DNA of 63,944 bases, counting the filler, from Reclinomonas americana ATCC 50394 (lineage: Eukaryota), in assembly GCA_048213135.1 (NCBI GenBank). It is 10 parts of 10 records of this genome, joined end to end, with 100 filler letters (N's around TTAATTAATTAA, not from the genome) between each part and the next. Parts side by side here need not be neighbours in the genome. Positions count along the whole stretch, not along the records: positions 1 to 7,849 come from AFZH01020809.1; positions 7,950 to 11,497 come from AFZH01020812.1; 8 more parts are not named here. One strand, given 5' to 3'. The first letter of the stretch is position 1; each line of letters opens with the position of its first letter. The position numbers and the translations under genes were made by a program. Positions 1 through 11,597 of this stretch are shown here, in pieces. The notes under the pieces are model-generated. The model was given only the letters and a program-made list of their open reading frames with translations, did no database searches and was not told the DNA's origin.

Positions 1-2841
1 CCCGTCACATAGGCATCCGTGAAATCCGCCTCCCTCGCAAACGCCATGCACACATTCACCCCTCGCAGATCCGCCCCCCTCCACACCGTCCTGTGCATCA
101 CCGCATCCCTCAAATCCGCACCCCTCACTCGCACACCCGACAGATCTCGCCCACTGAACGACACTTGTGCCACACACAACACCGTCGCTGCATTTGCTGC
201 TGCTGTCACCACTCGCTCCTCATCCATCTCCCTCGACAACTCAATCACCTCCCACAGCCTCGCTTGCAGTCGAGGAGACCGTCGCACCACCTCCGCCATC
301 TGCTCCACCAATGATGGTCTGTCGTTCAGCAGTCGCACAGCCAACACATGCTGCTGCACATTTTGCACTGTCAACCTCCTCTCTTCATCCCATGTCTCCC
401 ACGCAAACACATGCCGTGCCACACAGTGTTCCAGCAACGACAGATGAACGAATCCCCACTGCATCGTCCCATACCGTCGCACAATCGGACAGCACGCTCG
501 TACATGCTGGTTCTTGGGGCTGAGGAACTTGTCAATCGGTCCCTCATCCACTCGTCGCATGGCAAGCGGTGCACCACCGAAGTCATCCTCCTCTTCCTCC
601 CGATCACGTGCTCGATTCTCCATCACAGACACACGCACTAGATTCTTCTCATGCATCAACCGCGCCAGTCCCTCGCAGAACGAGAGACACGTCTCCTCAC
701 TCGGCACACGCTCCGCACCGAGACGCGTCTGCCTCTCCTGCTCCCTCACAATCCACTGTCGAATGAATCGGTCAAACACATCACATCGAGTTGGTCGCTG
801 TACGCCACTCGCCACCAATTGCGGCAACACGCGAGCCACCACTGCCAGCAGGAACGGATTCGACACCAGTGCATCCAGTCCATGCACACTCCTCAGTGCA
901 TGAATGTACTTTTCGGCAGTCGACCACCGCACTTCACCATCATCATCACGATCACCCACTTGCACCAGTCGCTCAATGTACTCCTCAATCTGCACCTGGT
1001 TAAACGGTGCAATGTGTCGCTCCATCAGCTGTTGCATGCACAACTGTCCTCGTGCATCCACCGGTGCAAAGTACCGTCGATACTGCGTCACACCGCCCAG
1101 TGCCGTCAGAGCGTAGTCGCCTCGGCAGGTGATAATCACCTTCACATCACGACATACATCCAGCTGATTCTTGACAAACAGATTCACACCACGGTACAGC
1201 TCGTCGTATCCGTCAAGCAACAATAGCAGTGGTTCCTCCTTCAATTGCCGCACATCCGACTCACTGAATCCCAACTCGGGAGACAGTCGCTCCAGTGCCT
1301 CCTCCAACAATCGCTCATCGGCATTGCGCAGCGCACCAAGAGGCACACGCACTGGCACTCGTCTGCTCTCTCTCGTCTGCCACCGTCGCCATGCTCGCTC
1401 AGCCAGCATAGACATGGTGGTGGTCTTGCCGGCTCCGCTGTTGCCAAAGAGCACCAACACATGCTGCGAGGTGTTGGTGTCGGAGAGGAAAGTATCCACC
1501 TCCGTCAACAGATCCGTCATCTTGTCTCTTGAGGAGACGTCACGCTCATGGGAGCACATCAGTGGCACATACATCTGCATGTCCTTGCGCACACTCTCGT
1601 CGCTCTGATAGAATGAGAGCTCACGCACCGCCAGTCGATGCAGTCGTTCCTCGAAAGTGCTGATGATGTGCTGGACGTGACGCGCCTCGCTGACACGAGT
1701 GGAGAATCGAGCATGCTCGTCAGCCGTCAATTGCAGTCGTGAGAGGATGGAGAGGAAGACACCACCGTCACGAAGGTAATGCTGCACCGTGTCAAGTGTC
1801 AACAGAAGCTCATCGTGTCTCAGCTTGTTCCTGATGCAGTGCAGTTCCTCCACTGCCTTCCGTTCAGCAGCATCGTCAATCAGCAGCAGCTTGCGACCGT
1901 CATCTTCAACAAAGCCACCATACAGCATGATGGAGGCGAGAGCCGTCGTGTCGAAACCGTCACACGAAGGGTCGGACAACGGATCGGCGTCGAAGGCAGC
2001 ACGCCAGGTCAACAACACCGGCTGCTTCTCCTCAAACAACTTGACTCGAGAGGGATGGAGTGGAGCATGTCGCTCACGCCATGCCTTAACAGCCGCCGCA
2101 TCCATGCCAGCAGGCGTGAAACTCGGCACCCACGCCCGCACATCAAAGTCGGGATGATCGCGACTGAACTGTGCCAGTGCGCGTCGACAGCGGAGACGCA
2201 CAGCCTCCTCCACCACCTCAAAGGCCATGTTGATGCGCTGCGAGTTGATCATGCTGCGCGTGCACACACACATAGTCAGCACAGACTTGCATCGCACGAA
2301 AAACAACCAGGGGAGACAAGGACGAAGGCAAGAAACAAACCGAGTCACTCGCTCCGAGTTGCTGTGCGTTGGCATGAGAGTGAGATGCATGTTGTGCACA
2401 GAGGTGATCCAACACATCCCAAGCACACACCTTCCACTCTCACTCCCACTTGCTCCACTCGACTGCAGCGCCACACCAAGCGTCACACGGACAACAAGAT
2501 GAGTGCATGAGTTGATGCCGAGTGATTTCAACTTTGCTCCGCTCATGTCGTCAGTGTCGAATGCCATTGGCTTCTCCACTCCCACAATCTCCATCCCCCC
2601 ATCTCCACTCTTCTCACGCAGCAAGCGAGTGGCCTCACGCAGCAAGTCCGCGAGAGTGGACATGCCCGACATGTCCTCCACCACCACCGACAGCGATGAA
2701 TCATGCGCCGCGCTCACATTCACAGAGAACTGCGACACACACAAGGACGGTAAGTGACAAGCGATGAGTGAGAAAGAGAAGCGAGGGAGAAGCGTGCGAA
2801 CAACAAGCGTCCCCCACTCAATCAATACAACTCACCGACAT
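1..2841 (-). CDS. NLR-like STAND protein: ubiquitin-like - HEPN - NACHT - winged helix - pentapeptide repeats (3' truncated at window edge)
   Basis: Manual minus-strand translation. ATG at 2841; 6-nt first exon (MS); GT-AG intron 2835-2730; then one stop-free frame from 2729 to 1 (probable in-frame introns 2430-2362 and 2340-2254). Motifs: FDTTALASIM...IRNKLRH (HEPN), YVPL, Walker A GNSGAGKT (1445-1422), Walker B LLLLLDGYDE, KVIITCR, APFNQVQIEEYI, LVSNPFLL, FVHLSLLEH, TAAANAATVL, then SGRDLSGVRVRGADLRDA pentapeptide repeats. Absent from the ORF track because it has no stop in the window. Confidence 0.9.
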
Positions 2842-3163
2842 GTTCTCGTCGCAGTTCTTGGCTTCTTTTCTCGCTCCTCAGGTTGATGTACCTGTTACAC
2901 ACACGTCTCACACACACAGTCGGCTTGTTCTTGTGGCGGTGTACGTTGTGCTGTGCGTGTGATCAATGTCATGCAGGACTCGACGTCTCTTTCTTTTTGC
3001 AGCACGCACGTGTTTGATGGTCACCTGTGTCATGTATGAGAGAGGAAGAGAGTGCGAGGTGAGCGAAAGAGGGGCGCGAGCGAGGGAGAGAGGGACGCGG
3101 GAGCGAAAGGACTCATGTTCGATTCGTTGTTGCACTGAATGTATGTTGTGTGTGTTTGTGCGG

Positions 3164-3210
<47 letters not shown>

Positions 3211-4263
3211 TGAGCGAGAGGAAAGAGTTCTTCTCGCGTGTGTGTATTGATCGCAGAGATGATTCTTATCTCTCCTCTCTCTCCTCTCTTCTCATCGACA
3301 CAAGCAAGGTGAAAATGCAACGTATGCATCTGCTCTCCCCACACACAAAGAGAGAGACCATTGTTTTCACACACCTGCTTCCACACTCTCACTCACACAC
3401 GCCCACACAACATGCGTGCATTCTCTCTCTCCGTTCTCCCCTTTCCTCCTCCCCCCCCCCGCTTCTCCTCCCCGCCCTTCCCCTTCATCCCCCCTCACCG
3501 CCGGCTTCTCCTTCGACGATTCCAAACAGCAACCTCTCCCATTTCTCCGCGAGGAAATCCCCCGCCATCGGTGTCCCTTTTCCCCACCACAACGTGAGCC
3601 ACATGCATACGCTCCCACCACAGCACCACGCACACACACCATCTCGCCAATGCCGATGAAGCCAATCACCGCGCACATGCTAACGTGAGAGATAGGAATC
3701 AAAAGTGTCCTGCACGTACTCTCTCCTGCCTCTCTTCCCTTCCGCCGTGCTCTCCGTGCTCCAATCGCCGTTTACGAATCACTCGGCTTCCGCGTGCTCT
3801 TTGCAGACAGCGACGGAGACGAGGCCAAGAACGCGTGTCTGTCACGCAACAGCATAGAGATACACGTTTTGTGGCACGACAAGTTCGTCGGCAGTCAGAT
3901 CCGCATGGTGCGCGTCTCTCTCCCTCTCCCTCTCCCTCCCTCCCTTCCTCTCTCCCTCCCCTTCTCTCTCTCTCTTCTCTTTCACTTCTTTCTTCCCCCT
4001 CATTCTTTGTCACTTTCCTTCCTTCTGTTCTCCCTTCTCTTCTCCCTCATTCTTTATCTCTCTCCTCCCATCTCTCTCTGCTCTTCTCCTCTCTCTTCTC
4101 TTCTCTCCCCCACTTTACGCATCCCTTCCATGTTGATAATCGACTTCATTCACCAACACAAAAAACAACATCTCAGCTTCACTGAATCAGAACAAAACGC
4201 AAAAAAGCATACTCATCTCCCTTGTCCCTCATTCTCCTTCTCCTTCTTTCCCCCTCCTCCCCT

Positions 4264-7200
4264 CTACTCATCCGTCTCAAAACACGTACTTCCCACCAAA
4301 ACTATAGTGACCGGAAGGGTCCCACTCGCCGCAATAACCACAGGCATCTCGGCCGCCACCGCCACCGCGCCCCAGAAGATGATAGGATACTTTGTCGCCA
4401 ATTTCGTCGTCTTCCACGTCGCGCCACCATCGGTCGACCGCTGGATGTTGGTGGCCTTCGAGCCGTCGAGCCGCGCATACGTCGCATACAGTGAACCGTC
4501 GGCAGCGCTGAGGGTGATGTCGGTGTATAAACTGGCCAGTGCGGAATTGTCGACTCTCGTCCACGTCCGCGCGCCGTCGAAACTCGCGCGAATTCCACTC
4601 GCAAGCGCAGCAGCCAAGACAGTCGATCCCGTACGATCGACCTGCAGCCTGAGAAACTGCGTCACATCAGCCGGCCCGCCAAGAGCGGTCCACGTGACAC
4701 CCAGGTCGGCGGACACGAAGTTCTGGTTGGTGTTGACTTGCGAGGCGTACAACAACCGTCCGTCACCGCTCAGCTGCACGGCGCTCGCGAACGCAAACAC
4801 GCCCACGGGCAAGCTGCGCTGCGCCCACGTGTGACCGCCATCCGTCGACACGGCAATGTCGTCGTCGACGGCGACAGCAGAGACGACAACTGTCGTGCCA
4901 TCCTCGCTCATCGTTATCGACTGAAAAGAGACGTTGGAACCGGTCGACACGCCAGTCCATGTCGCCCCTCCATTCTCGGAGATCCGGACGTCCACCGGCT
5001 TGGCAGTGGTGATGGCGACCAGCTTCCTACCGTCGGCACTCATCACCACGCCGCGCACACGGAGAGAAGCGGTGTTGCTGAGGACTTTTGTCCACGTCGC
5101 GCCCAGGTCTTGCGAAGTGAATACGCCACCGGCTGTATTTGCATACGACGCAGCAAGGTTTCGACCACTGCGGCTCGCGGCAACAGTGGGAACGAAGCCG
5201 CTGAGGAGACCAACCAGTGGGCTCACGCGCTTGATACAAGAATCCGCGCAGATAGCCACAGTTGCCGTCTGCTGCAGGCACACTTGTCCACCAGTGCACG
5301 CCTCCGTCATCGGCGTGCCGGTGCAGGAGAGCACGCTCATGCCGTCGGACGAGCACACGGACTCGCCGACGCCCAGCTGACACTGGCTGCAGTCTGACCC
5401 GAAGAAGCCAGCGGGGCACTGCGGCGGCGCACCGACAGTGACTCGGCCGACGGCAGTCCACGTGACAAGCGTCGTGTTGCCGGCTCCCGGGTCCTCCGTG
5501 GCGAAAGTAAAGCCGCTCACAAACGTCTCGCCGCCGACCACGTGCGTCTGCAACGCCAGCGAGCTGTTCAATACGTGGTGGCTGATCACGGCTCCGCCAC
5601 TGGACTTGGATTTCCAGCCACGCAAGAACAGCTGCGTCGTCAAGGTGGCAGCGAGGAGTCCATTCGGCGCGTCAACCGAAATCAAGCTGACCGCAGCCGT
5701 GAGCGCGTCAGAGGTGTGCGTGGTCTCTGTTTTGGTGGACAGGTGTGAGATGCTTCTCATTACACAGAAAGAGAAAAGGGAGCAGCACACGCACCACCAG
5801 CTCGCATAACAAAGCCCGTGCGGTTGGAAGCATCTTCACGAGCCGGGCCAATGGCAACTCGCGCATATATACAGGCGCTCTACTTGTGCGTCGCCGGTGA
5901 CAACGCCGTTGACGTCGCCATCTGTGCGGCTGACGGATCCGTGTGACAGCACAAAGTTGTCGGAGAGTGTGGCCCCAGTAGCGTCAGGCGATGCCCGTCG
6001 TCTGGCGCGCACGCCAGTCAGTGCGACGGCCAGTGTTGGCACGGATGCAAAGGGATACAAGGCCGACACATTGCGTCGCTTCATTGACCAAGGTAAGTAA
6101 AACACCGCGTTGTATAATGAATACCTGATCTCACTCACCACCAGCACAGACTTGTTGGTGGCTGCACTGAGCCAACCCTTGCTGCTGAGTTGAACAGTGC
6201 GCGAGAGGGTGAAGGCGTCCGAATGATGCACGTAGTACGCGAGGTACGCTGCACGAATATGAATGACGATTGTGAGCACAAAGCATTATCGAGGGGAGTT
6301 ACACCACACACAGACACTCTGTCTTTCCCTCTCTCTCATTCTCTCTCTCTCTCCCTCTCCCTCCGCCTCTGTCTCTCTCATTCTCTCTCAGACTCTCTCA
6401 GTCTCCCATCTCTCTCACTCTCAGTCTCCCATCTCTCTCACTCTCAGTCTTTCTCTCCCTCATTTTCTCTCAGTCTCTCTCAGTCTCTTTTACTCTCTCA
6501 CTCTCTCTTCCATCTCTCTCTCTCTCTCCCATCTCTCTCTCTCTCTCTATCTCTTCTCTTGCATACATACACCAAGCACGAAGACGCACTCAATTCAATC
6601 TGCGACACGTTGGCAGCGTCGACACTGGAGGTCACCACACATGAGACCACCACCTTCTTGTTCGTCACCGCCGGCTCGCCACACAGCACACTGGTGTCGC
6701 CCACAACGTCACTTGCGTCAACACTCGTGTACCCAGTGAGACCGACAAGTACTTGCGGTGTGGCGTAGAACGCACGCGCAAAGGTGAAACTGGTGGTCGT
6801 GCGGGTCGACACCACGCCGACAATCGGCGTCGCCATGGTGTTGAATGCGGATTGCTGCTGCGAATCTGTGCCACCGGTGGTGACAGTCGACTGGGTGGTG
6901 CCCATGGCGGATAGCTGAAGTGCAGCCGACGCCAGGATGCTACCAGTCATCGGCACTTGTCCGACCAACACCGAGTAGCCCGACACCAGCAACTGGCCAG
7001 TCGATGTGTACGGTCCGTTGTTGATGGCGACGCACAGGTTGGCGGCGGCACCGCCCGTCGGTGAATTGGGAGTCACCGACAGGCTGAAGAGGGAACAGCC
7101 ACCGCCCGAGGTCGACTTGCACAGCAATGGACCGAGCACCGTCAACGAAGCACCGACGCCGGTGACCACCGAGTCGTAGACCGGCGTGTCGCTACACTGC

Positions 7201-7815
7201 TGCCCGATGGCCACCAGCTTGAACACCGTGCACGAGTTGAAGCCGTTGGTGATCGAGCCAACGTGGACAATGTTGGCACGCCCAAACGCAAGCACATGCG
7301 GGTTAACAAACGACACGGTTGATGCTGACGACGAAGGCGGATCCACGAGCACAATGGAGCTGTTGGAGAGGAGGAGCAGCGGCGAAGTGGCGGAGGTGGG
7401 ATGGAATCTAGCCAAATAACCGACGGGCCAGTGAGTGAGTGTGTGTCCAGAGACAGCTCAGGCCGGCAACATCAACAAACCGTCCACACAAGTGGTACAC
7501 GCCAGCGGGGGCCACCAAACACGTGCCTGAAGCTGAGGCACCGAGCGACGGAGAGCCAATGTACGTCGCCGTTTCCACCGAGAAGATGACGGTGGTTTCG
7601 GTTACGCCCGCCGGGCCAAGGCTGACGGAAGTGGCTACCACGGGCGAGCCGCTGCAATCGCTGGCGGCATACAGACCGAACACGCCAAGGTCGGGGTTCC
7701 AGGTGACGGACGGAGGAAAGTTGTTGCCCTGAACCGTCAGCACCAGCTGCGACGCTTGGCCGGTGTACAGCGCGGTTGGGGAGCCGTCGGACTCGGCCAG
7801 CGTGACTGCATTCAC
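4264..7815 (-). CDS. Large multi-exon, probably extracellular protein with H-type-lectin-like segments, EGF-like/Cys-rich region and C-terminal BNR/Asp-box beta-propeller (5' end in gap)
   Basis: Six Asp-box motifs in ORF 4264-5790 (TSQDLGATW, ISENGGATW, VSTDGGHTW, VSADLGVTW, ASFDGARTW, RSTDGGATW); CPAGFFGSDC EGF-like motif; FTFARAFYATPQVLVGLTG and FASVPTLAVALTG segments; successive same-strand ORFs 7815-7408, 7415-6498 and 6279-5836. Confidence 0.7.
6320..6560. repeat. CT/GA-rich low-complexity intronic repeat
   Basis: Near-continuous ctctct/ctcagtct runs inside the BNR-protein gene. Confidence 0.8.
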
Positions 7816-7849
7816 AAAGGAAAGGCAACAGTGAGGGGGGGAGCAGGGG

Positions 7850-7949
7850 NNNNNNNNNNNNNNNNNNNNNNNNNNNNNNNNNNNNNNNNNNNNTTAATTA
7901 ATTAANNNNNNNNNNNNNNNNNNNNNNNNNNNNNNNNNNNNNNNNNNNN
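7850..7949. other. Artificial assembly gap linker
   Basis: N44-TTAATTAATTAA-N44 (stops in all six frames). Identical linkers at 11498-11597, 19981-20080, 23730-23829, 36520-36619, 40638-40737, 50196-50295, 55552-55651 and 62781-62880. Confidence 0.99.
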
Positions 7950-7985
7950 GGCGAGCGTTCACTGTTGTTGTTTGTGTGCGGTCAG

Positions 7986-9874
7986 AGTTCTCCATGTCGT
8001 TGTACACGCCCGAGCGCACGTGGTTCCTGCAGTTGCCGGATGTGGAGACGCGACGGCGATGGGTGGAGGCGATTGAGCGAGCCAAGGTGCGCCTGTCTTT
8101 CTGTGCCTCCCTCTCTCTCTCTATCTGGAGGCGCTGAGTGAGGAGCGTGCAGATCGTCCATCGTGCTCGGGATGCGCGGACGGCACATGATCACAGCCTG
8201 TTGGAGCTGGCGTCGCGAGTGAATGAGCTGTTTGACTCGTCGGTGACCATTGGGGTGCGTGTGACCTTGTGTGCGTGCGGCTACTGTGTTGCCTCTTGTT
8301 CTTATGTGCGACGCAGGTGGACTGGGAGAGCTTCCAGAACGCGAGTACGGTGTTGTCTGAGGGTCCGGGAGTGGTCTCCTTTGTGGAGAACGACATTGTC
8401 AAGCCCAGTTGCGCGTGTGTGTGTTTTTGTGTCATTCGCTTCGGTTGTGCTGCTGCTCAGTGGTGCTGTAGTCCTGTCGATGGGTCGGTCGGGCAATGAT
8501 GTACTGTCGGCGTGGCAGGTGAGTGGCTCCTGTTCGTCATTATTCGCATGCTCGGCAAACACACATTTGCGCCATCCACACACAGCGTGAGCTCGACGCC
8601 AAGGTCGTACAAGGTGAGCGCAAGCATCTCTCCGCCCTCATGCGGCTGTCGTGCTCATGGTTGTCCGGCCGTGGTAGGGGTGTATCGTGTCATGGTGCAG
8701 CATCGTGACACGGTCGGCGAGGCGCATCTGACGAGTACGTTTTCACCCGGCACGCGGACCCTCTGCTGCATGTATCCGGAGGCAGAACTCGGTCGCAAGG
8801 TGCTGTTCGAGCTGCGATCCAAGGCGCCAGCGGTGCAGGTGCGTCGATGGGAACACATCTGTAACTTTTGAAAGCCTCAAGTGCCTGAATGGTTGGGCGT
8901 GCAGACGTCGGTGAATGTGGCGGAAAAGGCCATTATCGACAGCGTACAAGACTTTTCTTCCTGCGTCGGTGTGCCGCTCTGCAAGGGAAGGGGGGAGAGA
9001 GTGGAACGGGACACTCATTTTCATGATTCGCATGTGCAGTCAATTTCCCGGTGACTGTGGATCGACCGTCGGTGCTCGACGCCGATGCACCAACACGCGC
9101 CGCTATTGTGCTCACCAATTTGGTCGTGCCGGCCTTGTTCGCTGCCATTGGCAGCTTTTGTGAATCACACCAGGAACTGGCGGTGCTCTTTTTCCGTGAC
9201 ACGCTCAAGGCGCTCAGGTGCGACTCCACGCTTCCGTGAGTGTACATAGATGCAGAGCTAACCCTTGTCTATTTTTGTGTGTGCGTGCGTGCTCGTCAGC
9301 ATTCGGCATGTGCAACTCCAAAGCATGCAGGCAGACGTGCCGTACCGCATGTCACCGGATTACCGCGTGGAGATTCGCTACACCAGCGACGGTGCCGATC
9401 AGAATCGCATGGTTCCAGCGCAGGATGAGCTCGCGGCGTTTTTCGTACAGCAAGCCAGCAAGGTGTGGTCCATCTTACTCGTCGCGCCACATTCGCACGT
9501 GCGCTCCCTCACATGTGCACCGGTGCATGCAGGCGACGCTGCGTCCTGCGGAGCCGTCTTCGCCGATAGTGTCCCCGTCGGGGTCGCGTCGCGAGTCGAC
9601 CTCGCTCGACAGACGGCGCGACGAGCGGATATCACAGCTGGAGGCGCAAGTGAGCACGCTCACCTCCCAGTTGGAGGCGCAGGCGCGTGCCATTCAGGAG
9701 ATGCACGAGGCCATGGCGTCGCTGCTGGCGCGACATGATTCGCGACCGTCGTCGAACGACTTTGGCAGCACGGAGGAGACGACGGCGGGCGAGTGCTCCA
9801 CCAACCCACCAAGACCTCCAACGACCGACACTGCCGCCGCGGCATCTGCCGAGGACGCTGGCGAGTCGCCATGA
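7986..9874 (+). CDS. PH-domain-containing protein with C-terminal coiled coil (5' end in gap)
   Basis: First exon FSMSLYTPERTWFLQLPDVETRRRWVEAIERAK matches the PH C-terminal strands and Trp helix; multiple GT-AG introns; last exon RISQLEAQVSTLTSQLEAQARAIQEM; stop at 9874. Confidence 0.6.
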
Positions 9875-9953
9875 GCGGGGTGAAAAATGTGTGTCGAGAA
9901 AGAAAAAATAAGGGGAAAGAATGGTTTGGGTGAGGCGGCCAAGTGTACAATCG

Positions 9954-11076
9954 TCAATCGTTGAGTCGCAAATGCCTCGCCATCAGCCGATCCTCCTCCC
10001 GCAGCGCACGCCCGCGCCTGTGCAACAATGCAATCATGTCCACGGTGGCCGCAATGGTGAGCGTGCCGCCGAATACACACGCCGCCAGGTCGCTGCCATT
10101 CATCAGCAGACCCTGCACACGGCATGGTCACCACCCGGAAAAACAACGACAGCGACAATATAATACATATACGAACCATGACAGCCACCAACACATGCAA
10201 CGCCGTGGGCGCCAGGAACGCCACATACCACCTCCTGCACTTGGTCATCATCTCAAACGTGAGCAGCGTCAGTCGCACATTGGCCAGCGCAAAGCCCAGC
10301 GCATTGAGCGACGCCGGAACAAGGAACGGCATGACCTGGTAGGGGGTGTAAAGTGAGACCCGTGATCGAACGAGAAGAGAAGGGGGTAAGATGAGGAAGG
10401 AAAAGGGTGAGTGAGCGAGAGGAGCAAGGGATACGCAGGAACGGGATAAAGGAGAGAGTGGTGCTGGAAGAGAAGGAGCAGTGTAACAGAACACGCAACA
10501 GCCCCCGCAACCACCGGTGCCGCTCGGTAGTAGACGCCAGGACCAATCGCCGAGTCAAAGAGCACCGAGCCAAACATGCACAGACTGTGCGCAGCGCCAA
10601 AGCCCACACCCGCAGCCATGGCCGGCATTAGCGGATCGCCCAAGTCCGATCGATGCAGCGCCACTCCAAATCCCTTTTCCGTGCGCCTGACCACACAGAC
10701 ACAGAGACAGACAGAGACAGAGAGAGCAGTGTCAACAAAGAGCACTGTCTCTCGCGCTTGTCACCACTTAGTCACCGGTACAAGACCACAAAGACAACAC
10801 GCATGAGTTCTTGCAAGACAGCGCCAATGATGAGCAGAGCAATGACCGAGGGAATGCCGGCCCACAGCACAGCCGAGGCCAGCACAGCCAGTGTGGCACA
10901 GAATGCACTGTGCACACAATGAGTACACGTGCATGACAGAGCGCAAGCACAAGAGAGACGCACCCACTGACACACACAATGACCATGGGTGGAAACGGCA
11001 AGACAAAGCCAAGAAAGAGCGCGATGAGCGGTCCATAGGCGATGAGACCGGCGCCAATGAGAAGCGCCCACGCCAT
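9954..11076 (-). CDS. APH1: Gamma-secretase subunit APH-1
   Basis: Spliced: MAWALLIGAGLIAYGPLIALF..., AVLQELMRVVF, AAGVGFGAAHS, GPGVYY, ALHVLVAVM; ~7 hydrophobic segments; TGA at 9956-9954. Confidence 0.85.
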
Positions 11077-11413
11077 CTAGTCGTCTTTTGATACGAATTT
11101 CATCGATTCATCATGCGTTTTCATTCGTGTTTCGTGCAATGGCGTCGGGCAGTGGCGCCGTCGCGGAGGAGTCGCATGGACTGTTGGCGGTGCCGTCGGT
11201 GCCAACGCGACTGTACTTGACGCGTCGTTGAGTATATGTCTATGTCTATGTGTGTGTGCTTGGTATTTCCGCACACGCAGAGGGAGAAGGAGAAGGGATA
11301 AAGTCGACGCCTGGATGACTTTAGGTGCAGGATAGAGGCGATGGAACCTCCCCATCTCTCCAGAACACACACACGCACACAGAACACATGCACAAATCGT
11401 CTCATGCACACTT

Positions 11414-11474
<61 letters not shown>

Positions 11475-11597
11475 ACCTCACCTCTACCTCCGTTCTCNNN
11501 NNNNNNNNNNNNNNNNNNNNNNNNNNNNNNNNNNNNNNNNNTTAATTAATTAANNNNNNNNNNNNNNNNNNNNNNNNNNNNNNNNNNNNNNNNNNNN

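Noticed and set aside
19..2767. Plus-strand ORFs listed across 19-2767
   Set aside because: They are antisense shadows of the continuous minus-strand NACHT frame and carry no motifs of their own.
3270..3910. Possible small plus-strand gene between the NACHT and BNR genes
   Set aside because: A few exon-like pieces with AG/GT borders exist (e.g. ~3807-3908), but I could not build a coherent model or recognise a product.
7894..7905. Recurring TTAATTAATTAA palindrome as a biological motif
   Set aside because: Always centred in exactly 44+44 Ns; it is an assembly linker with six-frame stops.
11420..11475. (CA)n and (GA)n microsatellites here and at ~3167-3206, 22060-22125 and 62880-62960
   Set aside because: Ubiquitous simple repeats in introns and at contig ends; they explain assembly breaks but are not distinctive.
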